A stretch of DNA of 44,308 bases from a virus (taxonomy: Duplodnaviria; Caudoviricetes), in the IMG/VR virus record IMGVR_UViG_3300048576_000035, positions 1 to 44,308 of that record, one strand, 5' to 3'. Below are positions 1-8,344 of this stretch, in pieces. The notes beneath the pieces are model-generated. The model saw only the letters and a list, made by a program, of their open reading frames with translations. It was not told where the DNA came from and did not search any database. Each line of letters opens with the position of its first letter. Position 1 is the stretch's first letter. The position numbers and the translations under genes are program-made.

Positions 1-131
1 TGCCGGCGGGTGCGGAGTGGAAGAACAGTCTTGACGGAAAGCGTTTCGACGGCGGTCAATGGATCGAGTGCGACGCGCCGATCGAGTCCATCCCGGTATT
101 CGTAAGGAATAATGCGGATTTGCCGCTTTAA
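1..131 (+). CDS. 3' end of host gene, glycoside hydrolase family 31-like C-terminus (partial)
   Basis: Frame from position 3 reads PAGAEWKNSLDGKRFDGGQWIECDAPIESIPVFVRNNADLPL*, resembling the LPxG..W..GG..APxxxIPVFVR tail of GH31 enzymes. Confidence 0.6.
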   Translation, partial: PAGAEWKNSLDGKRFDGGQWIECDAPIESIPVFVRNNADLPL

Positions 132-153
132 ACCGTTTGCCTGTAAGACTGTG

Positions 154-184
154 AGCAAGGGGGCACAGGTTTGCACCCCTTGCT
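154..184 (+). terminator. Hairpin after the GH31-like gene
   Basis: AGCAAGGGG...CCCCTTGCT inverted repeat. Confidence 0.5.
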
Positions 185-242
185 TGCCGTCGGGCAATTC
201 AGGCTGGGTTGTCGCCTGCGCGCCTGTTTTCAACAGTTGCGC

Positions 243-271
243 TTGACAAATAGTCTGCCGACCTTTATAAT
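243..271 (+). promoter_or_regulatory. Sigma-A promoter for the tRNA pair
   Basis: TTGACA (243-248), 17 bp, TATAAT (266-271). Confidence 0.85.
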
Positions 272-291
272 TGACTTTGCGTCTTAGATAT

Positions 292-368
292 TGGGATGTA
301 GCCAAGCCGGTAAGGCACAGGACTTTGACTCCTGCATCTCGCTGGTTCGAGTCCAGCCATCCCAGCCA
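292..368 (+). tRNA. tRNA-Gln(TTG)
   Basis: Acceptor TGGGATG/CATCCCA, anticodon loop CTTTGAC, GTTCGAG T-loop, encoded CCA. Confidence 0.95.
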
Positions 369-373
369 TTTAC

Positions 374-450
374 GGGCCATTAGCTCAGTCGGCTAGAGCA
401 TTTGACTTTTAATCAAAGGGTCCCGCGTTCGAGTCGCGGATGGCTCACCA
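374..450 (+). tRNA. tRNA-Lys(TTT), prophage integration target
   Basis: Acceptor GGGCCAT/ATGGCTC, anticodon loop CTTTTAA, GTTCGAG T-loop, CCA end. Confidence 0.95.
399..450 (+). repeat. attL core (52 bp)
   Basis: CATTTGACTTTTAATCAAAGGGTCCCGCGTTCGAGTCGCGGATGGCTCACCA, identical to 42631-42682. Confidence 0.95.
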
Positions 451-452
451 AG

Positions 453-488
453 AAAAACCGCCTACTTTCAACGGGTAGGCGGTTTTTT
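453..488. terminator. Bidirectional intrinsic terminator between tRNA-Lys and the integrase
   Basis: AAAAACCGCCTAC-loop-GTAGGCGGTTTTTT. Confidence 0.85.
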
Positions 489-533
489 CCTTCCATTTCT
501 AAGTTGTTTAAAATTGCTGAAAATTTGCTCAGA

Positions 534-551
534 AACTAACAAAAAACTAAC
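534..551 (+). repeat. Putative integrase arm-type sites (left)
   Basis: AACTAAC twice at an 11-bp period; the same pair recurs at 42578-42595 inside attR. Confidence 0.65.
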
Positions 552-556
552 AAAAA

Positions 557-1618
557 TCAAAGAGAGCTTATTGCTTTTCTTAACTCGTCTAAATTGGGAT
601 GGGTGTATATATTTGCTGTTGTAGAGTAGTCTGCATGTCCCATTAAGTCCTGTATTGCCTTAGTGTTAGCCCCAGCATTTGAAAGACGTGTCCCGAATGT
701 ATGCCGGCAGGAATGAGGATCGAGAATTCTTACATCTATACTCTTTAGTGTAGGCCGGTAAAAATCCTCCCTGTATTTTCTTTCCGATATAGGCTTGCCA
801 TCTGTATTACAGATTAATCGATCACCACCTTTATCGTACCATTTTTTAATATAAGGGAATATTCTTGGATGTATGGGTACTACTCTATCTTTTCCTGCAT
901 CTGTCTTAACTCCACCAGTTATAAGTTTTTCCTTGAGGTCTATGGAAAATCTAGTGAGCTGCATCATCTCTGATATCCTCATTCCGGTATCTAGCAGAAT
1001 CATTATAGTGTCTGCCCATTCCATGCCTTCGACGGCAGCCTTTTCAATTAGTTTAAATTCCAGATCGGTGAAGGCTTCCTTTTTCTTTGCGTTTTCCATT
1101 TTAATCTTTATCTTTTTTCCTAAGTTTTGATCTGTAATTTTATTATCAATGGCATAGTCGTAGAGCATCCCTATGACGAGTTTAATTTTATGCAATGCTG
1201 ATTTGCTCATTCCAGCTATGCGGCATTTATTGATAATGGACTGCCAGTGGGATAAACGAAGATTTATGAAAATTTCTTTCTCATGCACTTTAATATGCTT
1301 CCATCCAGCTTTATAACATCCTATAGTCTGCTTCGATATTTCTTCTTCATATTTAACATCGGACCATTCCCTGTATAATTCGCCCAATGTAATATCCATG
1401 TTTGCCGGGATTGGATTAACGCGACTTAAAACAAGGGCATCAATACCCTTTTCTTTGGTTTCAAAATATCCAATAGTTTCAAATAACTGTTTTTGTTTTT
1501 CTTTGCCGGTATTTTTGTCTGTTACCGTTGTCCAACCAACAGTTTTCCGAGCGATCCATGGTTTGCGACGTCTCCCCGATAGCTCATATACCGTACCATA
1601 GCCATTTGGCAACTTCAT
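557..1618 (-). CDS. int: Tyrosine integrase
   Basis: TGMRISE, GVKT, HSCRH, LMGH and NIYTH catalytic motifs; N-terminal arm-binding region; adjacent to att. Confidence 0.95.
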   Translation of the reverse strand: MKLPNGYGTVYELSGRRRKPWIARKTVGWTTVTDKNTGKEKQKQLFETIGYFETKEKGIDALVLSRVNPIPANMDITLGELYREWSDVKYEEEISKQTIGCYKAGWKHIKVHEKEIFINLRLSHWQSIINKCRIAGMSKSALHKIKLVIGMLYDYAIDNKITDQNLGKKIKIKMENAKKKEAFTDLEFKLIEKAAVEGMEWADTIMILLDTGMRISEMMQLTRFSIDLKEKLITGGVKTDAGKDRVVPIHPRIFPYIKKWYDKGGDRLICNTDGKPISERKYREDFYRPTLKSIDVRILDPHSCRHTFGTRLSNAGANTKAIQDLMGHADYSTTANIYTHPNLDELRKAISSL

Positions 1619-1628
1619 ACAATCACCT

Positions 1629-1976
1629 TCATTCGGCCAATTTCATCAGAAAATCTTTGAATATCGATCTATGCTTTGGGGCCAATTTCATATAATTCAT
1701 GATAAATTTTTTGTCTAGTTCGTCAAGGTTTTTTAGTTCTGCAGTTAATACTTCAAGTAAGTCATCTTCTGTATTAAACATGTCTCCGCTTCCGGTACGG
1801 AGCCATTCTTCATTGACATTAAATTCTCGGCAAACATCAATGATAGTTCTGCTTGTTATATTTCTGGCTCCGCTTTCCATTGATGAAACGTGTCCCTTTT
1901 GAACGTGTATTCTCTTGCCGAATTCCTCCTGGCTTAACCCAAGCGCTACTCTTAACTGCTTTAGTCTTTCATTCAT
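1629..1976 (-). CDS. CI-like XRE HTH repressor without an S24 autoprotease domain
   Basis: RLKQLRVALGLSQEEFG...NVNEEWLRTGSGDMF; 115 aa; divergent from the early operon. Confidence 0.9.
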   Translation of the reverse strand: MNERLKQLRVALGLSQEEFGKRIHVQKGHVSSMESGARNITSRTIIDVCREFNVNEEWLRTGSGDMFNTEDDLLEVLTAELKNLDELDKKFIMNYMKLAPKHRSIFKDFLMKLAE

Positions 1977-2016
1977 TTTATAAATACCTCCTTGAAGTAG
2001 ATATTAACACAAAGCT

Positions 2017-2093
2017 GTTATCATTGCAAACTTTTTTATTCGAAATGCATTGACAAAGTATTCAATGAAAACTATAATGTAAACAAAGATAAC
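2017..2093. promoter_or_regulatory. Immunity region: early promoter with three 15-bp operator-like sites
   Basis: TTGACA 2050-2055, 17 bp, TATAAT 2073-2078; GTTATCATTGCAAAC (2017-2031), GTATTCAATGAAAAC (2058-2072), GTAAACAAAGATAAC (2079-2093). Confidence 0.75.
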
Positions 2094-2129
2094 TTTTTTA
2101 TGTAGCCCTATGCACAAGAAGGAGCGCTA

Positions 2130-2786
2130 ATGAATATCTTTAAGCCAAACGATCAGTTCGGAATCACAGAAAAAAATGGAATCCCAGTGGTCGGCAGTAG
2201 GTATATAGCTGATACATTCGGGAAGAGGCACGACAATGTATTGCAAGCCATTGCAAAAATTGAATGTAGTGACGAATTCCGGCTCCTGAATTTTAAGGAA
2301 TCCTGTTATCGAAATGAACAAGGCAGGAAACAGCCAGAATATCTTTTGACTCGTGACGGGTTTTCGATTCTAGTAATGGGATTCACCGGGAGAAAGGCCA
2401 TGGAATTCAAGGAAGCATACATAAACGCTTTCAACCAGATGGAGGCATTTATCCACAGCCTATTTGAAGCAAAGGCTGAATTCCCGGAATTCACCGATGC
2501 CATAATGCAGGTCCACGAAGAACCAAAGCATTATCACTTCTCAAACGAATGCGACATGATTAACCGTATAGTAACTGGAATGTCAGCAAAACAGTATAGA
2601 GAAGAACATGGTATTGAACATGGAAAATCAATAAGACCTTATCTTCTACCGCAACAGATGGAAGTCGTAAGATCCCTGCAACGAATCGACATCGGCTTGA
2701 TCATTAGTGTGCCAGATTTTCAACAACGGAAACTACTGCTTGAAAATCAATGTTTGCGTTTAAGCCAGAAGATAATACCCGCATAG
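2130..2786 (+). CDS. Rha family regulator
   Basis: SRYIADTFGKRHDNVLQAI...YLLTRDGFSILVMGFTGRKAMEFKEAYINAFNQME. Confidence 0.9.
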   Translation: MNIFKPNDQFGITEKNGIPVVGSRYIADTFGKRHDNVLQAIAKIECSDEFRLLNFKESCYRNEQGRKQPEYLLTRDGFSILVMGFTGRKAMEFKEAYINAFNQMEAFIHSLFEAKAEFPEFTDAIMQVHEEPKHYHFSNECDMINRIVTGMSAKQYREEHGIEHGKSIRPYLLPQQMEVVRSLQRIDIGLIISVPDFQQRKLLLENQCLRLSQKIIPA

Positions 2787-2809
2787 TTACAAAAATTGAG
2801 GTGATTAAA

Positions 2810-2977
2810 TTGAAGGAAGAAAATGTTGCAGTAGAAAGCGTTACCGTGAATGAGGTAAAAGCGATTTTAGACTTATTTAGCAAGCTAGACAACAAGAAAA
2901 AAGAACTCGCATTAGCGGCACTCACTGGAATGGTGCTCGTGGCGGAAGCAGATCAAAAGGGGGGCGTAATGCTATGA
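2810..2977 (+). CDS. Small early protein (start moved to the TTG after GAGGTG)
   Basis: RBS spacing; stop overlaps the next ATG. Confidence 0.6.
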   Translation: MKEENVAVESVTVNEVKAILDLFSKLDNKKKELALAALTGMVLVAEADQKGGVML

Positions 2978-3198
2978 CACTACAGGAATTAGCAGAGAAG
3001 CACCCGTATACAATCACCGTTCAAGAAGCGGCGGAAATAATGGATGTTACGCCGCGTTTTCTGCAATTGGCATTACAGCAAAGTAGATTTCCATTCGGTA
3101 CTGGCGTAGAAATGGGCAGGTGGACATTCTACATAAACACAGAGAGATTCTTGCTTTATATGAAAGGCGTAGACTTAGGCGGATCAAGAACAGCATAG
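2974..3198 (+). CDS. Excisionase-like DNA-binding protein
   Basis: ITVQEAAEIMDVTPRFLQLALQQSRFPFG...FYI pattern. Confidence 0.65.
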   Translation: MTLQELAEKHPYTITVQEAAEIMDVTPRFLQLALQQSRFPFGTGVEMGRWTFYINTERFLLYMKGVDLGGSRTA

Positions 3199-3312
3199 TA
3201 TCCAAATCCGCATAAATCAGGACAAGCTATCCCAAGCGAACAATCCAATACGGCATAAATACATAACGTACCTTGACAATTGCACACGGACCTTGAAAGG
3301 AGGAAATCATAA

Positions 3313-3495
3313 GTGGAAACGCCATACAAAGAAATAGCAGAAGAGTTGCAAAAACGATTACAGGAAGAGAGAGAGCAAAAAGAAATCTACAAACAGCAGT
3401 ATTTGCAGTGGAGAAATACAGCACTGATTCTTACATTTGCGCTAGCAGGTTTCATTGTATTCGCTATTTCGATTTTGTTATTATCCAAAATATAA
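3313..3495 (+). CDS. Small coiled-coil plus C-terminal transmembrane protein
   Basis: AAAGGAGG RBS and GTG start; hydrophobic C-terminus; 3' end overlaps the convergent gene. Confidence 0.6.
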   Translation: METPYKEIAEELQKRLQEEREQKEIYKQQYLQWRNTALILTFALAGFIVFAISILLLSKI

Positions 3496-3829
3496 CAGAC
3501 GAAATGAGCCCTGCAAGCCCTCCGATAATGGCGGTAAACAAAGCTAAAAAGTAATCGTGCGCCCGTTGTCCATATTTAATATGCTTCGCACGGCGTAGAT
3601 CATCAATGAAGTTTCGGCCTTTATCGGACAAGACGTACAGCCCCAATTGTTGCGCTTTATCGGTTTCCGCAGTAAAGCTTCTTCTGTCTTCAACAAGATC
3701 ACACCCGATTAAGTCCGCTAGCCGCTGCTCAAATCCGACACCAAAAACAATAAAACCCTGGGCATTGTCCAACGTAACGTTTTGGTCAAGATACTTTAAG
3801 ATATCAATAGTGTTTTGCGGTAAATCCAA
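3464..3829 (-). CDS. Leftward accessory protein, winged-helix-like with C-terminal transmembrane helix
   Basis: GGGGGTG RBS and TTG at 3829; YVLSDKGRNFI motif; hydrophobic tail. Confidence 0.7.
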   Translation of the reverse strand: MDLPQNTIDILKYLDQNVTLDNAQGFIVFGVGFEQRLADLIGCDLVEDRRSFTAETDKAQQLGLYVLSDKGRNFIDDLRRAKHIKYGQRAHDYFLALFTAIIGGLAGLISSVIFWIITKSK

Positions 3830-3841
3830 TACAACCACCCC

Positions 3842-3876
3842 CGACATAATCTTATCACAAAATCAGAAATATGGAA
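3842..3876 (-). repeat. 35-bp cassette repeat, copy 1 (leftward extended -10 promoter)
   Basis: 33/35 identical to 4195-4229; minus strand carries TGaTAAGAT. Confidence 0.8.
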
Positions 3877-3934
3877 GCATGAGGTACATATGGACAAGCG
3901 TTCCTTGAAAATTGAAGATGGGAGTTGAGATTTA

Positions 3935-4018
3935 ATGACCAAGAAAAATGCCCATAAAGGGCAAGGTAAGAAAATCGTAATTAACGTTAAACCTGGCATG
4001 GTTGTTAATTATCGATAG
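3935..4018 (+). CDS. 27-aa basic peptide overlapping the end of the convergent gene
   Basis: GGGAG RBS; MTKKNAHKGQGKKIVINVKPGMVVNYR. Confidence 0.35.
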   Translation: MTKKNAHKGQGKKIVINVKPGMVVNYR

Positions 4019-4181
4019 TCGCAAGTTTTTCGGCCAACTCCTTCACGGCAGCAACCATTTCATCATTTGTCGGTAATTTAACCGCAATATTACCTTTAAC
4101 GTTCGGGCTTGCGGTTACTGTGGAAGCTGCCTGAAGGAACGCTGAATAAAGCTGAACTGCCAGTTCCTTATTTGTCAACAT
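4005..4181 (-). CDS. Leftward 58-aa accessory protein
   Basis: GGGGGGTGA RBS before ATG 4181; MLTNKELAVQLY... Confidence 0.7.
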   Translation of the reverse strand: MLTNKELAVQLYSAFLQAASTVTASPNVKGNIAVKLPTNDEMVAAVKELAEKLATIDN

Positions 4182-4194
4182 AATCACCCCCCTT

Positions 4195-4229
4195 CGACAT
4201 AATCTTATCACAAAAGTAGAAATATGGAA
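4195..4229 (-). repeat. 35-bp cassette repeat, copy 2
   Basis: Near-identical to 3842-3876. Confidence 0.8.
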
Positions 4230-4243
4230 ATGCGAGGCATAGT

Positions 4244-4993
4244 ATGACAAATCTAATACCATTCAGCTACAGTTCAAAACAGGTTAGGACATTTTTAAAA
4301 GATGGAGAACCGTGGTTCGTTGCAAAAGATGTTTGTGATGTTCTTGAAATAGGGAATGCAAACATGGCAGCAGCAAGGCTCGACGATGATGAGGTCAGCC
4401 AGACTGATATCATCGACAGCATTGGTAGAATGCAGTCCACAAACATTATTAATGAAATGGGACTTTACAATCTTATTCTGCGTTCTGACAAGCCGCAAGC
4501 CAAGCCTTTCCGTAAATGGGTGACGGGTGAAGTTCTCCCGTCCATCCGTAAGCATGGAATGTATGCAAAAGATGAACTGCTGAACAATCCCGATCTGTTG
4601 ATTGAAATTGTAACCGAACTGAAAAAAGAACGGGAAGAAAAGAAACTGCTCCAGACAGAAAACAACCTTCTGTCTCAGCATACCTTAACTTGGGCGAATC
4701 GCAAGCTGATGGATGCAATAATAAAGGCTTACGGCGCATCTATCCATATTCCGGACATAAACGGATTCCGGCAGGCTTGGAGCGATTTTAAAAAGGAACT
4801 GCTTTACGCCCACAGCATCAATATTAATTCTCGTGTTACCAACTTTATGAACAATTCTGGCAAAAAGACAAAGCCTCCGGTACTTGACATGATTCACGAT
4901 GAAGAGTTGCCCAAGTGCATCAGCACAGCAACGGCATTGTGCAGGCAACACGGGGTTGATATCTCAGACATCTTGAAAAAGTATCGGCAGTAA
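4244..4993 (+). CDS. BRO-N domain antirepressor-like protein
   Basis: EPWFVAKDVCDVL...INEMGLYNLILRSDKPQAKPFRKWVTGEVLPSIRKHGMY. Confidence 0.9.
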   Translation: MTNLIPFSYSSKQVRTFLKDGEPWFVAKDVCDVLEIGNANMAAARLDDDEVSQTDIIDSIGRMQSTNIINEMGLYNLILRSDKPQAKPFRKWVTGEVLPSIRKHGMYAKDELLNNPDLLIEIVTELKKEREEKKLLQTENNLLSQHTLTWANRKLMDAIIKAYGASIHIPDINGFRQAWSDFKKELLYAHSININSRVTNFMNNSGKKTKPPVLDMIHDEELPKCISTATALCRQHGVDISDILKKYRQ

Positions 4994-5029
4994 GGATTTT
5001 AATCAAGTATTGTGCGTAGGAGGTTATCT

Positions 5030-5260
5030 ATGGGACGTTTTGACTGGTGGATATTTAAGAAATTACTGCAAATGATTATCGCTCAGGGACAGCAACATTC
5101 AGACATGAAACGCATGTGGGAAGAAATTTTTCACGCTCACCAAGAAGAATTTACGGAGGATACGGGCCGGACATTAAAGATGTTTATCCACGAAAGCATT
5201 GACAAATTTATTCTTCCGGGTATTTGCGACAGCGAATTTTCAAGGGGCGATAATTTATGA
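5030..5260 (+). CDS. Hypothetical early protein
   Basis: AGGAGG RBS, ATG 5030, ATGA overlap with the next gene. Confidence 0.6.
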   Translation: MGRFDWWIFKKLLQMIIAQGQQHSDMKRMWEEIFHAHQEEFTEDTGRTLKMFIHESIDKFILPGICDSEFSRGDNL

Positions 5261-5565
5261 CCAGCCTGCACCAACTCGCCGTGAACAATGTAGAACGCCA
5301 GATCGAAGCGAACTATACCGCATTCGGCAAAACGCCGGAACCGGACGACTACGAGCGGATTTACGCGCAGTGTTTAAGCATAGCCGAGAAGGAGCAAAGC
5401 GGAGCCTACTTTAATGCGCTCAAAGTAGACGATCTTGTGTTGATCAAGGGAGCTCATTCCGGTGGGCTGATTAAGAGGATCCTTGACGACACGGCGTACC
5501 TGGCAATGATAAGCCGGCCGGGCGAGTTGGTCCCGTACAAAATGTGCGAGCTAAAACTGGTGTAG
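5257..5565 (+). CDS. Hypothetical early protein
   Basis: ORF coupled to the upstream gene. Confidence 0.6.
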   Translation: MTSLHQLAVNNVERQIEANYTAFGKTPEPDDYERIYAQCLSIAEKEQSGAYFNALKVDDLVLIKGAHSGGLIKRILDDTAYLAMISRPGELVPYKMCELKLV

Positions 5566-5659
5566 TGCTTGGTTGTTTGCAAATTGACAGCTCCACAGCG
5601 GCATCCCGGAGAGCAGAACCGGATCATGCGCATGAAATACGGAAGAGAGGAGGCCAACC

Positions 5660-5800
5660 ATGGATGCAATCTTCGGGACAAGCTGGCGCGATGTGCTTTT
5701 GAAAGATACAGCCACACAAGCGCTACACAAAAGCCAAACCAACATCAAGCAGCCGGTACATACCAGTGGGGTTGAGGGATATCCGGTCGGGTTTGTGTAG
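5660..5800 (+). CDS. 46-aa hypothetical protein, absent from the ORF track
   Basis: AGGAGG RBS 6 nt before ATG; MDAIFGTSWRDVLLKD... Confidence 0.45.
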   Translation: MDAIFGTSWRDVLLKDTATQALHKSQTNIKQPVHTSGVEGYPVGFV

Positions 5801-5910
5801 ATGCGTTCTAAGTCTTATGCACTCAAATCTGAATATCAATAAGGGACTCGCCCGCCGGAGCGTTATCCGGCCCAGCCAATAAGGCAGAAATAAAATATAG
5901 GAGGTCAGTC

Positions 5911-6588
5911 ATGGAGGAAATCATCGTAAAAAGTCAACAGGATTATGACAATATCCCTGAAGACTACAAAGGCCTGATAACAATCAACTCAGAACGTCAC
6001 AATCGGATAACGCTGATGACGAAAAAAGGCAGCTCAGTCGTGGCCTGGGAGAACAGCTCAGTCGTGGCCTGGGAGAACAGCTCAGTCGTGGCCTGGGGGA
6101 ACGTCCAAGTCGTAAAGCATTCCTCGATTTGCAAAATCGAATTACACGGAAACGCTCGTATTGTTGAAATGCCCAAAGAACTTCTTTCATTCATGGATTT
6201 TTACGGAATCAAGCGCGATGGTGTAAATGCAACCATATATAAAGCTGTAAGTGCTGATCTGAAGAGTTTTTACAGAAGCAGTTTTCAGTATGAAATCGGG
6301 AAAACCCATTTAAATGAATGCGATACCGATACATCGGAAACTTGTGGAAGGGGTTTGCACGTTGCGTACAAAGAATGGGCCATCAACTACGGTAAAGGCG
6401 AGGATTTTGATAATTTTAAAGTGCTTGAAGTCAGTGTCCCGATTGACAAAATAGTCTATTGCCCCAAGTCTGACGGCAAAGTCCGTACGTCTGAATTGAC
6501 CGTCGTCAGAGAAGTACCCATAGAAGAATGGGGCGTCAGGGGCAAGATAATCGCCAAGCAGCGGGCGAGAAAGGCTAACCTGGGTTGA
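5911..6588 (+). CDS. Phage protein with 8-aa repeats and a conserved C-terminal domain (CGRGLHV...DGKVR)
   Basis: SSVVAWEN repeats; AGGAGG RBS. Confidence 0.75.
   Translation: MEEIIVKSQQDYDNIPEDYKGLITINSERHNRITLMTKKGSSVVAWENSSVVAWENSSVVAWGNVQVVKHSSICKIELHGNARIVEMPKELLSFMDFYGIKRDGVNATIYKAVSADLKSFYRSSFQYEIGKTHLNECDTDTSETCGRGLHVAYKEWAINYGKGEDFDNFKVLEVSVPIDKIVYCPKSDGKVRTSELTVVREVPIEEWGVRGKIIAKQRARKANLG
6030..6102 (+). repeat. 24-bp tandem repeat x3
   Basis: CAGCTCAGTCGTGGCCTGGG(A/G)GAA three times, in frame. Confidence 0.9.
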
Positions 6589-6622
6589 TACCACTCACAA
6601 AAGTTAGGAGGGGATTCCGCAA

Positions 6623-6874
6623 ATGAAAAAGGCAGTTCTTTACGGATTTGCGTTTGCCATAAGCGCAATAATCGGAACTCTAGTAGGGAAAATGCTGGTG
6701 TACATAATCGAGAGCGTGGACCGGCATGGCATTGTAACCATTATCGTAATCCCGATCACCACCATGGCGGCGGTGTGCTACTACTGCGGCAGGCGGCACG
6801 AGCGCGAGATTCGAAAGCGGCAATTACAGACAAATACTATAGGTCGTCAACGTGGATTTGACAGATTTGCATAG
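6623..6874 (+). CDS. Two-helix membrane protein
   Basis: Two hydrophobic segments, basic tail, AGGAGG RBS. Confidence 0.65.
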   Translation: MKKAVLYGFAFAISAIIGTLVGKMLVYIIESVDRHGIVTIIVIPITTMAAVCYYCGRRHEREIRKRQLQTNTIGRQRGFDRFA

Positions 6875-6948
6875 AAAAAGCGCCCACGTAAGGCGCTAAA
6901 GAAAAATTCCAATATAAGTATATCATGAAGAAAGGAACGGTGTCAAAC

Positions 6949-7377
6949 ATGGAAGACATAAAGAGAATTATTGAAATCAACGGCATTAAGCTGGAGGTTG
7001 ATCTATCGACGGCAAGAAGGATAGATGAATTCAAAGTCGGGGATAACGTGAAGGTCTTGAAAAAGACATACAATGGCAGTTACGATGTCCTGGCGGGCGT
7101 TATAACGGAGTTTGTGAACTTCAAGGAGCTTCCGACGATGATAATTGCTGTATTCCGGCAAGACTATTCCGGGTGCCATCTTGAATTTATCAACTTCAAC
7201 TCAGGGACGAACGATATTGAGATTACACCCTGCTGTGAGCATGAGTTGAAACTTGAAAAATGCCGCGTCATTGACAAATTCAATCAGGAAATCGAGAAAA
7301 AGAAATCGGATATGGATGAACTCATAAACAAGCGTGATTACTTTGAAAAATACTTCACGAAGTATTTTGAAGGTTAA
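6949..7377 (+). CDS. Hypothetical phage protein with C-terminal coiled coil
   Basis: MEDIKRIIEINGIKLEVDLSTARRIDEFKVGD...; start could be 6925. Confidence 0.7.
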   Translation: MEDIKRIIEINGIKLEVDLSTARRIDEFKVGDNVKVLKKTYNGSYDVLAGVITEFVNFKELPTMIIAVFRQDYSGCHLEFINFNSGTNDIEITPCCEHELKLEKCRVIDKFNQEIEKKKSDMDELINKRDYFEKYFTKYFEG

Positions 7378-7463
7378 ACTTTTCCAGCCATGCCGCGCCG
7401 TTATAGCTTCCAAAATGACGTACAAGCACGTCCGGCATCTGCTGGGGATTATAGGAGGGTGAA

Positions 7464-7802
7464 ATGTTACTTGCATTTGAGCTAACTATGCCGAATGTTG
7501 GATCATGGAACGGCAAATGGACGGGTGCAGACAAAAAATATATAAAGGTGCTAAATATTACACAAAGATATGGCACTTCCAAAGCAGCAAGACTTAAGTC
7601 CGCAGAAATTCTAAAGGAAAGAAATTACTATTACAATTTCGGTGACGGGTGGGGCGCAAATGTTTCTGTGAAAACGGTTAACGCAAAAGAAGCAGCGCGG
7701 TTCAGAAATGAATCGGCAGGATTTTGCGGTTACGAATGGATGGTAGATAGCATTTTGAAGTACGGCAAGATACTAAACAAACAGCACCGGTTTGATTTAT
7801 GA
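7464..7802 (+). CDS. Hypothetical phage protein
   Basis: AGGAGGGTG RBS; MPNVGSWNGKWTG and FGDGWGA motifs. Confidence 0.7.
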   Translation: MLLAFELTMPNVGSWNGKWTGADKKYIKVLNITQRYGTSKAARLKSAEILKERNYYYNFGDGWGANVSVKTVNAKEAARFRNESAGFCGYEWMVDSILKYGKILNKQHRFDL

Positions 7803-7816
7803 AGGGAGAATAAGCG

Positions 7817-8344
7817 ATGAATGACAATCTCGCTCTTGAAATTATAGGCGAACAGGAAGATGGCTTTGTAATCAATAACGACCACCTTGCAGAATGGGCT
7901 TTAAAGAAGATTTCCGAGGAAAAAGCCGAAATGCAACGGATGATCAATGTATGTCAGACTTTCATCAACGAATACCAGATGAAGATCGGAAACTATCAGA
8001 AGCAATTTGAAAGCAAAACGGAATATCTCACCGGGCAGCTTCAACTATACTTTGAAACCGTCCCCCATAAGGCGACAAAAACGCAGGAAATCTATAAGCT
8101 CCCCTCTGGAACACTAAAAAAGAAATATGGAACGCCAGAGTTTATTCGGGATGAAACCGTGCTCAGCAATTACCTTAAAGACAACAATATGACGGATTAC
8201 TACGAAGAGGTCGCTAAACCAAAGTGGGCCGAGCTTAAAAAGATTATTACCGTTTCCGGCGAAAAGGTCCTTACAGCGGATGGGGAAATCATTGAAGGGG
8301 TTACCGCGGTACCGAGGCCCGACACGTTCGAGGTGGAAATATGA
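7817..8344 (+). CDS. Mu Gam-like host-nuclease inhibitor
   Basis: AEWALKKI coiled coil, KLPSGTLKKK and PKWAELKK motifs; recombination context. Confidence 0.75.
   Translation: MNDNLALEIIGEQEDGFVINNDHLAEWALKKISEEKAEMQRMINVCQTFINEYQMKIGNYQKQFESKTEYLTGQLQLYFETVPHKATKTQEIYKLPSGTLKKKYGTPEFIRDETVLSNYLKDNNMTDYYEEVAKPKWAELKKIITVSGEKVLTADGEIIEGVTAVPRPDTFEVEI

Noticed and set aside
5569-5775. 68-aa ORF in the track
   Set aside because: No RBS; the overlapping frame at 5660-5800 has a strong SD
6030-6102. Possible CRISPR array
   Set aside because: Contiguous in-frame coding repeats with no spacers and no cas genes
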